A DNA stretch of 64,000 bases from Felis catus (lineage: Eukaryota). The notes under the pieces were generated by a model. It saw nothing but the letters and a program-made list of their open reading frames with translations, searched no databases and was not told where the DNA came from. The translations under genes were made by a program, and so were the position numbers. Below, in pieces: positions 52,841-64,000 of the stretch; the stretch's first letter is position 1; every line of letters begins with the position of its first letter. The stretch covers positions 89,468,001-89,532,000 of the forward strand of contig NC_058368.1 of the NCBI RefSeq assembly GCF_018350175.1, read 5' to 3'.

Positions 52841-55199
52841 AATATGTGCAATTTTTACTGCCTTGTTTTCCTGTTCATGTTTCTTGCCTCTTCATTTGTC
52901 TCTGATCTCAAAAACAAAATTTACATACAAATTTTCCAAGTCAATGTAAGAAAGTGATTTAGATTTTGTGGGCAGTTGCAATGAGTTTTAAATATGGTTG
53001 ACATGTGGCACTTCATGATATTGGGTATTCTGATTTATAAGCATCCTATGTGCTACTACTATTTCTGTCTTAACAGTTTTCAATTGACTTCTGCAGTTTA
53101 TTATAGAAATTCTCACATAAATTTGAAGTTACGTCACACTGTTATTGTCATCCTATATCTTATAGTTTCTAAAATTACATTATCTATGGAAATACCTGTT
53201 AAAATAAGTAGCTGTGCTACCTACTGTAATATTTTTCTCTAGAGTTTTAAACTTATTTTCAGTGTAGACCATATTATCATCAATTAATAAGAACAATCAC
53301 ATTTTTGGTTTTTGGAATGCTTATCCTTCTTTTAATTCTTTTCCACATATGTTAAGAGCCCCAATGCAATAAAAAACGGGGACATAATAGGCAGTGCACT
53401 TACACTTCTCACTTAAAAGAGAATTAGTTGGGTCCCATAATTTATTGTTTGTTCTATGTTTATATTAGCTATCTTTCTTGCATAAATTTAAAATCTTCTT
53501 TGTATTTACAATATACGATAGGGTTTTATTTTGTCATAAATACATGTTAAATATATATGAGTGTACCTTTCTTACCTGCTAAAATATCATGTGCCTTTCA
53601 TGTTTCAGGCATTAGTATGGACAATTATGTTAATAGATTTCTTAAATATAAGGCATCTTAGAATATCTGAAAAATTTAAACTGTTTATGATATATTATTC
53701 TCTTTATACCTTGGTGTATATAGCTCACATTATTTATATGTATATTTATATACATTATTGAGATGAAATTAGCAAAACATAACATTAGCCATCTTATTTT
53801 GTGCCATTCAGTGGAACCTACATTTGCAATGTTGTGCAACCACAGCTCACATTAAGCTTCGAAACATTTCATCACTCCCAAAGAAAACCACAGAATCCCC
53901 AGTCACTCTTCTCTCCTCCCTCCCTCCATTCCCTGGAAAACAATGTCTGCTTTCTGTCTACAGATTTATGCATGTTTGGATATTTCATATAAGCAGAGTC
54001 AGACCATGTGTGACTTTTGAGTCTCACCCCTTTCACTTCTTTGCTGAACTCTCTCATGAGAGTGTGGGCATATCTTGACTAGAGAATGACTGGTGTCCCA
54101 TATGGGTTCTAATTTTCCTTTTGGAAATTCCTTTTGGAAATTTCCTTTTGGAATTGTTGCACCTAGCCAGAGCACTCTTTATCCTTTCCTAAAATTATTG
54201 TCAAAAATTCATACCTATGATTACTTGGATACCCTTATTTCTAAGAGTTCCCCTATAATGAGACATATCTATCAGTTAAAGTACAGTAACTACAATTGCT
54301 GGATTATGCTGGACTGCCTTCACTAGGCAAAAAAATTTTATATCTGCACTGTTGTATATTTTGGATCCAATGCTTGAATTTACCATATGCTGCTGATTAT
54401 GTCTAGTTTAATCATGGAGTGTGATATATAAGTGTACATATAACCATGCTCCCTTCACTCTATGAATACTGATCACCATTCCCCAGAGCACAAAAGTATT
54501 GCCCATTCTCAAATACTTCATAAGACCCCATGTTACCTTGTGTGTGCACAATTTTGTATCTGTTTACATCACTAGAAGTATTTCTTGAATTCTTACACAT
54601 TCTATTTTGTATAAGCATATTGTTGTGTCAATAGCTAATATTTTTACGTGGGCAGTGTTGTACTTTTATCAAAGTACTTAGCAATTCTTATATATCACAG
54701 AATGATAAATAGAAAATTAATTTTTTCTTGAAAACAGTCAAAATTCTCAGTAAAATTCTTATAAACAATTTTTAATAACTGCCTCAAATAAATATAAAGT
54801 CAATCTGATGAAGAAAAAGTAGTAAGCTTCATGCTAAAAGTGCAGCTGCTCTCAGCACATTTGTGACTCTTACAGCACAGACCTCTGTGCTTCAAAGCTC
54901 CTTGGGAAAGAGAAAACTGGGGGTTAGAGCCAGAATACAAAGATTTGCTAATTATGTAACACAATTCAACTACATTCTTTTTACAATAGAAGTAACTAAT
55001 GCATGAAGACACTCAAAGATTGAAATTAAAAAGGAAAAAAAACTACAGTAGGCTAATTGACATAAAGCTAAATTAAACATATAAAATATGAGACAAAATT
55101 ATGTGGTTATAATGGAGGTAACTATAATAATGATAAAGGGATAAATTAACTTGGAAGAAATATCTGCCCTAAAATTGAATACAGTTAGAATAGTAACTC

Positions 55200-58106
55200 C
55201 ATAAAAATTTAGTTCTTTTAGACTCTGAACTTAGGTGACCATCAATTTAATATAGACTGCTATACAAATAAGGTGTTATACATAAACCTAGTGGTAATGA
55301 TGAATCAAAAGCCCGTGTTAGATACAGAAACAATAAAGAGAAAGAAAGCCAAGTTTAACATAAGAAAAGCCAATAAACCACAAAAGAAGAGAGAAAGAGA
55401 AGAAGAGAGCAGAGCAGAGCTACCAAACAACCAGAAAACAATGAACAAAATGACAATAAGTACATGTCTATCAATACTTACCTTAAATGTAAATGAGCTA
55501 GCTGTTCCATCAAAGATACAAGGTGACTAAATGAATTTTTTAAAACACCCATTGATGTGTTACCTATAAGAGACTCATTTTGGACCTAAAGAACCATCAA
55601 GGTTGAAAATGAGGAGCTGGAAAAACATATTCCATTCAAATGGAAGTTAAAAAAAAAGAATAAGGCAGGTTAGCAATATTTTTATCAGACAAAAGAGACT
55701 TTAAAACAAAGACTATAGCAAGAGACAAAGAAGGACACTCCATAGTGATGAAGGCATCAATACAACAAGAGTTTATAACAATTGTAAATATCTATGCACC
55801 CAACAGAGAAGAACCTAAATACATAATGCAACATTTAAAGACTTATAGGGAAAAAGTGACAGTAATAAATAATAATAGAAGACTTCAACACCCCACTTAT
55901 ATCTAAGATAGATCCTCCAGGCAGAAAGTCAACAAGGAAACGGTGGTTATAAATGGAACACCAGACCAGATGGACATAGCAGAGATATGCAGAACATTTC
56001 ATTCAAAAACAACAGAATGCACATTCTTTTCAAGTGTACAAGAAACATTTTCCAGAGTAGATCACATATTAGGTCACAAAACAGTGGCCCTATAAACTTA
56101 AGAGGATTAAAATCATGTTGAGCACCTTTTCTGATGATAACAGTATAAAATGAGACATAAACTACAAGAAAAAAAAACTGGGGGAAAAAAGATGTGAAGA
56201 CCATGCAACATGCTACTACACAATAACTGGATCAACAAAGAAATCAGAGAGAAAACCAAAAAATATGTGGAGACAAATGAAAATGAAAACTCAATGATCA
56301 AAAATCCTTGCAAAAGCAGTTCTAAAAGGGAAGTTTATAGCAATACAGGCCTTCTCTAGAAACAAGAAAAATCTCAAATAAACAACCTAACTTTACACCT
56401 AAAGGAAGTAGAAAATGAAGAACAAATAGTGCCCAAATCTAGTAGAAAGTGGAAATAGTAAAGATTCAAGCAGAAATAAATGAAATAGGGACTGAAATAG
56501 AAATAGAAAATTTCAATAAAACCAAGAGCTGATTCTTTCAAAATACAACAAAATTGACAAATCTCAAGCCAGACTCATCAATAAAAAAAGACAGAGGAGT
56601 CAAATAAATAAAATCAGAAATGAGGCAGGAAAAATAACTGACACACAGAAACACAAAGGATTGTAAGAAAATATTATATGTCAACAAACTTTTCAATCTA
56701 GAAAGAATGGATAAATGTAAACACACACACACACACACACATTTCCAATATGAACCAAGAAGAAATAGAAATTTTCAACAGACTGATTATTACTCATGAA
56801 ATTGAATTAATAATAAAAATAACTTTTAACAACCAAAAGTCTGGATCTATACTCTGAAAACTATAATATGTTGAAAGAAATTGAACATGACATAGTCGAA
56901 TGGAAAGATATACCATGCTACATAAATTGCACATATGAGTGAAATCATATGGTATTTGTCTTTCACTGACTTGCTTCACTTAGCATAATACTCTCTAGCT
57001 CAGTCCACTCATTGCAAATGGCAAGATTTCATTATGGCTGGTAATATTCCATTGTATACATACAATATTCCATTGTGTATATATATTCCATTTTATGGCT
57101 GGTAATATTCCATTGTGTATATATAACCACATCTTCTTTATGCATTTATCAGTTGATGAACACTTGAGCTGTTTCCAACACTGAGCTATTTTAGATAATG
57201 CTACAATTAAAATAAATAGAGAGGGGCAAACCAAGAAACAGACTCTTAACTATAGAGAACAAACTGATGGTTACCAGAGGGGAGGTGGGTGTTGGGATTG
57301 GGTGAAATAGTGTATAAGGATTAAGGAGTGCACTTGTGATGAGCACTGGGTGATGCAGGAAGTGTTTCAGTAAACCAGAAAGTAATATTACACTGTATGT
57401 TAACTGGAATTTAAATAAAAAGTTTTTAAAAAGAGTTGATTAGTACATACAGTCCAAGAGATTCCAGGGGCACATATGCACAGTGAGACAATTATCTGAA
57501 GAAGCAGCAAGAGGGTGATCATCTTCAAGTCAAAGAGATAGGTCTCAAAAGAAATCAACCCTACAGGTACCTTGCTCTTGGACCTTCAACCTCCAGAAAT
57601 GTGAGAACATAAGTGTATTTTTCAAAAAAATTATACACACACACACACACACACCATGCTAATAGATTGGAAGAATTAACATGTTTTTTAAATTTATTTT
57701 ATGTTTTATTTATTTTTAAGACAGAGAGAGACAGAGCATTAGTGGGGATGGAGCAGAGAGAGAGGGAGACACAGAATCCGAAGCAGGCTCCAGGCTCTGA
57801 GCTGCGAGCACAGAGCCCTATGCGGGGCTCGAACTCACGAGCTGTGAGATCATGACCTGAGCCAAGCAGGACCCCAGTCAACTGACCACCCAGGCGCCCA
57901 GAAGAATTAATATGGTTAAAATGTCCATACTGGGACACCTAGATGGTTCAGTCAGTTGAGCTTCCAACTCTTGGTCTCAGCTTAGGTCATGATCTCACAG
58001 TTGGAGGGATCAAGCCCAGAATCAGTCTTCATGCTGAACATGGAGCCTGCCTGGGATTTTTTTCCTCTCTCCCTCTGCTCCTCTGACCCACTCATTCATT
58101 CATTGA

Positions 58107-58156
<50 letters not shown>

Positions 58157-59591
58157 ATAAATAAATAAATAAGCTTTGAAAATTAAATAAATAAAATGAA
58201 GATACTACTCAAAGCAATCTATAGAGTCAATGCAATCTTTGTCGAAATTCTAATAGCACTTTTCATGGAACTAGAACAAGTAATACTAAAATTTTATCAA
58301 AACCACAAAACACCTTGAATAACTAAAGAAATATTGAGAAAGAACTAAGCTGGGCAGCACACAATTCTAGATTTTAAAACATACTACAAAGTTACAGTAA
58401 TTAAAGCAGCATGCTACTGGCAGAAAAATAGAGAGATGAATGGAACAGAATAGAGTGCCCAGAAATAAGCCTGAACTATATGGTCAATTAAGGAGGCAAG
58501 ACTATATGATGAGGAAAAGATAATCCTTCCAATAAATGGTTTTGGAAAAACTAGACAGCTGCATGTAAAATAATGAAATTGGAGCACTTTCTCAAGCCAT
58601 ACACAAAACTAATGGATTAAAGCTTAAATGTGATATGTGAAACCACAAAATTCCTGCAGACATCAGCCTTAACAACATATTTATGGATATGTCTTTTCAG
58701 GAAAAAGAAAGAAAAGTAAAAATAAACTATTGGGCTTACATCAATATAAAAGCTTTTGCACAGTGAAGGCAACCATCATCAAAACAGAAAGGCAACCTTC
58801 TGGATGGGAGAAGGTACTTGCAAATGAAATATCAGATAAGGGGTTAATATCCAAAATATACAAAAAACTTATGCAACTTACCACAAAAACATAAATCTGA
58901 TTTAAAAGTGGGCAAGAGACAGCAATAGCACTACTAGGAATTTACCCAAGGGATACAGGAGTGCTGATGCATAGGGGCACTTGTACCCCAATGTCTACAG
59001 CAGCACTTTCAACAATAGCCAAATTGTGGAAACAGCCTAAATGTCCATCAACTGATGAGTGGATAAAGAAATTGTGGTTTATATACACAATGGAGTACTA
59101 CGTGGCAATGAGAAAGAATGAAATATGGCCCTTTGTAGCAACGTGGATGGAACTGGAGAGTGTGATGCTAAGTGAAATAAGCCATACAGAGAAAAACAGA
59201 TACCATATGGTTTCACTCTTGTGTGGATCCTGAGAAACTTAACAGAAACCCATGGGGGAGGGGAAGGAAAAAAAAGAGGTTAGAGTGGGAGAGAGCCAAA
59301 GCATAAGAGACTGTTAAAAACTGAGAACAAACTGAGGGTTGATGGGGGCTGGGAGGAAGGAGAAGGTAGGTGATGGGCATTGAAGAGGGCATCTTTTGGG
59401 ATGAGTACTGGGTGTTGTATGGAAACCAATTTGACAATAAATTTCATATATTAAAAAAAAAGAATAGTTAATGCATGTTCTCAAACTATTCCAAAAAAAA
59501 AAAAAAAAGAAAAAGAAATGGAAGAAAAACTTCCAGATTCAATCTATGAGATCAGCATTACCCTAATACCAAAACCAGATAAAGACACTAC

Positions 59592-59622
<31 letters not shown>

Positions 59623-60790
59623 CTACAGGCCAATATCCCTAATGAACATGGATGCAAAAATTCACAAAATACTAGCAAATTCAATCCAACAGTACATTAA
59701 AAGAATCATTTAAGATGATCAGTGGGTTGCAAGGTTGTTCAATATTCGCAAATCAATCAACATGATACATCAAATCAATAAGAGAAAGGATAAGAACCAT
59801 ATGACCATTTTAATACATGCAGAAAAAGCATTTGACAAAGTCCAACATCCATTCATCATAAAAACCCTTAATAAAGTAGGGTTAGAGGGAACACACCTCA
59901 AGATCATAAAGGCCATTTATGAAAAACCACAGGTAACATCATCCTCAATGGGGAAAAACTCAGAACTTTTCCTCTGTGGTCAGGAACACTGTCACCACTG
60001 TTATCAAACATAGTATTGGAAATCCAACCACAGCAATGAGACAAAAAAAAGAAATAAAAGGTATCCAAGTCAGCAAGGAAGAAGTAAAACTTTCACTATT
60101 TGCAGATGATATGATATTCTATGTAGAAAACCTGAAAGCCTCCACAAAAAACTGCTAGAACTGGTAAGTGATTTTAGGTAAAATAACAAAATATAAAATC
60201 AATGTACAGATTCATTTCTGTTGCATTTCTATACACCAATAATGAAACAGAAGAAAGAAAAAATTAAAGAATCAACCCCCATTTACAATTGCACCAAAAC
60301 CATAAGATCCCTAGTAATAAACCTAACCAAATAGGTGAAAGATCTGTACTCTGAAAACTATAGAACACTGATTTTTTTAATGTTTGTTTATCTTTGAGAG
60401 AGAGAGACAGAGTGCAAGAGGGGGGAGGGCAGAGAGAGGGGAGGACACAGAATCCAAAGCAGGCTCCTGGCTCTGAGCTGTCAGCACAGAGCCCAATGCA
60501 GGCCTCAAACTCATGGACCACAAGGTCATGACCTGAGCTGAAGTCAGACGCTTAACCGACTGAGCCACCCAGGCACCCCTAGAACACTGACTCTTAACTA
60601 TAAAGAACAAACTGATGATTACCAGAGGGGAGGCAGGTGGGAGGATAGGTTAAACAGTTTATGGGAATTAAGGAGTGCACTTGTGATGAGCACATGGTGT
60701 TGTATGGAAGTGTTGAATCACTATATTTACACCTGAAACTAATATTACACTGAATATTAACTAACTGGAATTAAAAACTTAATTTAAAAA
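55200..60790 (+). mobile_element. Cluster of degenerate L1 fragments with nested CanSINEs (57684-57899 -, 57932-58195 +, 60372-60579 -) and a MaLR-like LTR piece (~57500-57620)
   Basis: L1 ORF2 remnants (ILTLNVN, FADDM at ~60100), several 3'UTRs, and SINE TSDs gaagaattaa(c/t)atg and tagaacactga. Confidence 0.82.
58920..59460 (+). mobile_element. Young felid L1 3' end
   Basis: HRGTCTPM...LLCGS*, 3'UTR and poly(A). Confidence 0.92.
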
Positions 60791-60882
60791 CACAACTACT
60801 TATAGCAATAATTACTAAAATGTTGTAATAGGAATATGCTAAAGACAAAAAAATTAAAAATTAAAAAAATAAATTGTTATTG

Positions 60883-61437
60883 CCTTTTGGCCAGACCACC
60901 ATCTTCCAATAATTCGCCAAAATGACCAACACAAAGGGAAAGAGGGGAGGCGCCCACTATATTCTCTAGGCCTTTTAGAAAAAGGAGTTGGAGTTGTTCC
61001 TTTGTCCACATATATGTGAATCTACAAGAAAAGTGATATTGTAGACACAAGGGAATGGGCACTGTTCAAAAAGGAGTGCCTCACAAATGTTAACATGGCA
61101 AAACTAGAAGAGTCTACAGTGTCACCCAGATGCTGTTGGCATTGATGTAAACAAACAAGTTAAGGGCAAGATTCTTGCCAAGAAAATTAGTGTACATATT
61201 GAGCATATTAAACACTCAAAGAGCTGAGACAGCTACCCGAAATATGTGAAGGAAAATGATCAGAAATAGGAAGAAGCCAAAGAGAAAGGTACTTGGTTTC
61301 AACTGAAAGGCAAGCCTACTCCATCCAGAGAAGAATACTTTGTGAAAACTAAAGGAGGCTGAGCTGCTGGAACCCACTTCCTATGAACTCATGACATGGT
61401 AAGTGTTAAAAAAAATACCTCAAGACTATTAAAAAAA
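60883..61437 (+). pseudogene. RPL21: Processed pseudogene of 60S ribosomal protein L21
   Basis: Intronless. Pyrimidine-rich 5' start, ATG at 60922 giving MTNTKGKR; later [33 protein letters not shown] and ELLEP..YE; multiple stops and frameshifts; A-rich tail. Confidence 0.95.
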
Positions 61438-61479
61438 CGTGAAACATTGGAATTATCATTTTATAGATTAAGGCAATGA

Positions 61480-63900
61480 AGCATAGAGGTCTCTTACCTT
61501 TCCTTAAAGGGATCTGCAATTACTTACCAGTGACTCTGCATTAGACAAAGGAAAATATGCAAATTTGAAGGGCCAGTCTGGGAACTTCTAGAAGTCATGT
61601 GATAAATAGAGTTTGGGCCAAATCCATGTCAAAGTTGGTCTAGTGCATGCATAGATTAATTCTGTGTCTATTTCTCCTGGTCTTGAATACATAGTTGGAG
61701 GAAATATTCTTTCACATAAATGCATATGGAAGGAGAGCTAATTTGGCAAGAAAACCAAGTTGTAGCCCCTAGAAGTATTTCTCTATAGTAAAATCATAGA
61801 GAAAACCAATATTGCAACTCTGGTAAAAATTGCAGGGATTACAACCATCATTAAATATAGGAGAGGGATCATCACTGTCCTGTTTCCATTTAACTTGCTT
61901 GTTTACCTAATGCCAAGGCCACTGGGTCTTGTGGAACAAATATAGATTACCTAAAGTTAATCAGGAAGTTACAAAAATTGTAGCTTCTGTGGAATATTTG
62001 GCATCTTTGCTAAAGCAAATCAACACAGCTCCTTGTGTGGAAAATAAGAATTTCTCCATATAAATCAGCAAGGATTGTCAAAAACAGTACAATTTCACTT
62101 GAAATGGACAGTAGTATATTTTTATCATGTTTCCTCAGAGGTATCTCAACTCTTCTGTCTTTTGTCAAAATATAGTCCATAGAAACCCTGATCAAATAAA
62201 ATCTTATAGTACATTGTGCTGTCCACTAGACATCAGGCCAGATGGATCTGATATGCATTGAATTGTGAGTATCTTATGCCTTCATAAAGTACATGCATGA
62301 CAACAGGTAGGAGATAGGACCCATGAGCCTATCATTTCAAGGAAGAAATGCAGCATTCATTCATGTAGAGCATGAATAGACATCCCCTAAATCTCCTTTA
62401 AAGCGAAAAAAAAGGTGCTACACTTGAACAGTTACCTGTAAGAAAGAGTCACAGCAGTGGCTGAGCCACTTTGGATTTGGAATGCAAGATATGCCATATT
62501 TGGTTACGTTGCTCCAGGCCTCCCCCCCCCCCCATTAGTTCACATGACTGTCTCAATGCTGTATGGCAAATACAGGCTACAGTAAAAGCCAGTCTTCCAC
62601 GTGGGTTTTAAGGACTAATAGATCCAACTCCAATGTTTTATAAGTTAGGGCAAATAGGGATTCTGGGTAGATCCTCTGAAAAAGCCCAATAGGTAAATAA
62701 CACAAAAAGTCTTAGGGTTTTAGTGCAAAGTCATATCCTCTTCTGACATTTTCTTTTCAAGAAACAAATCCCAGATTGTTAATGGGCCCTGAGGAAGGTA
62801 TATATAGAGAAGCTTCTAAGAAGAGGCACAGGAGGTGAGAATATTTCTGAGTATGTGGGTGGCTATCAGTCAGCCTCTTTCTTCAGCCACTCCAATAGTT
62901 TCTCAGTGGGCCTGTGTATCAATTGGCAGGGGGGCTGGGAATGGAAGCTATGCACAAGCTCAGTGGCATAGATTTTTCTTTACTATGTTGATCTGCCTAC
63001 CACTAGATGTGAGGGCATTCACTGCAAAAACTAAAGTTTTACATGGAGCCCTAACTATCTGTCATTTCCTGAATCCTCAAGCTATCTTTCTAAGGGCAGG
63101 TTTATTCCAACATAAAAATTTTCATCACTGTAACAGGACATATTCTACATATGGATTTGCCTTCCTTCTCTGCTATGCTTCTGCATCATTATCTGTGGAC
63201 TTAAGGAATGCCTCATTCATCATCATGGTATTCCACATAGCACCCTTCCAAGCTCATTTCAACATAACAAAAATGTAACAATGACTTCATGTCCATAAAA
63301 GATATTGTTCTTTCCGTGTACCACAATATCTAGAAGTAAGTACCCTGATAGACAATTTGGATGACCTACTGAAAAAAATGTTATCTCATCAGCTTTGATG
63401 TAACATCCTATGGGTATATATATCATGTATTATATGCTTTGTATATCTAGTATACTTTTTCCCCAAAGACAGAATACATGGGTCTGGGAATCAAGGAGCA
63501 GAAATGAGTGTGAATACTTTCATCACCTAATATCCCACTTATGTTTTTCTTTCCATCCCCACAACCTTAAACTGTGCTGCTCTTGAGGGCTTAGTTCTCA
63601 AAAGATAAGTGTGTTAACAAGAGGACACAATGGTTATGACTTCACCTGGTGTGGTGGGCCCTCATGCCATGACTCCATTGAACTGACAATTAGTTAAGAG
63701 TATTGGTTTTTTATATGGGTTGCATGTATGCATGTATGTATAGGATGTGTTGCATCCTATACAATGAGGATAAGAAACACTATGTTTAGAACCCATGGAA
63801 TTCTCTGGGTAAGTCTTAGTACTGCCATGTTTGATAGCATCATTCAAAAACTATGACAGTCCAACAAAGGCTCATAGCTTCCAGAAACAAAAGGTTGGTA
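61480..63900 (+). mobile_element. Highly degenerate ERV-L internal (pol/integrase) region
   Basis: Remnants resembling ERV-L RT (PFN....; DY.KLNQ; LLKQINT at ~61880-62030) and the integrase N-terminal segment (QWA...G.G...YA.AQ.H at ~62905-62975). Confidence 0.75.
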
Positions 63901-64000
63901 GACCAGGTAGTGTTTGAAAGCAAAAATAACATGAACTGGATCATAAAATCATGTGATTGAAATCAATACCAGCAGTGGTCTCATGACTCATTACAGGAAT

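Larger units (their letters stand above)
47730..55060 (+). pseudogene. V1R gene unit B: duplicated V1R locus lacking the coding exon (promoter, intron and 3' flank retained)
   Basis: Colinear with unit A except that the sequence equivalent to ~32125-36880 is missing at junction 54115-54155. Confidence 0.85.

Noticed and set aside
62835..63278. 147-aa ORF
   Set aside because: GTG start within decayed ERV-L integrase sequence; only patches are in the ancestral frame.

Overview
Mammalian genomic DNA from a carnivore, very probably a felid (cat-type CanSINEs and L1s), dominated by transposable elements. The only intact host gene is a vomeronasal type-1 receptor (V1R/VN1R family) on + (CDS 35750-36742), with a probable upstream non-coding exon/promoter near 26.3-27.0 kb. 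The V1R unit (~25.4-38.0 kb) has a tandem paralog at ~47.7-55.1 kb. That paralog has lost the coding exon through a ~4.8 kb deletion but keeps a ~700 bp promoter/exon block about 99% identical to the functional copy. An inverted relic of the V1R intron lies at ~8.2-9.8 kb. Two near-identical young L1s face away from each other (1-2752 minus, 11668-18168 plus). Both carry the same ~580 bp non-L1 5' extension, which in the right copy lies inside the target-site duplication (TSD). The window also holds many older nested L1 fragments, about 20 CanSINEs, Tigger2-type and LTR relics, an RPL21 processed pseudogene and a degenerate ERV-L internal region. Identities and repeat family names come from reading by eye, not from computed alignments or database searches.
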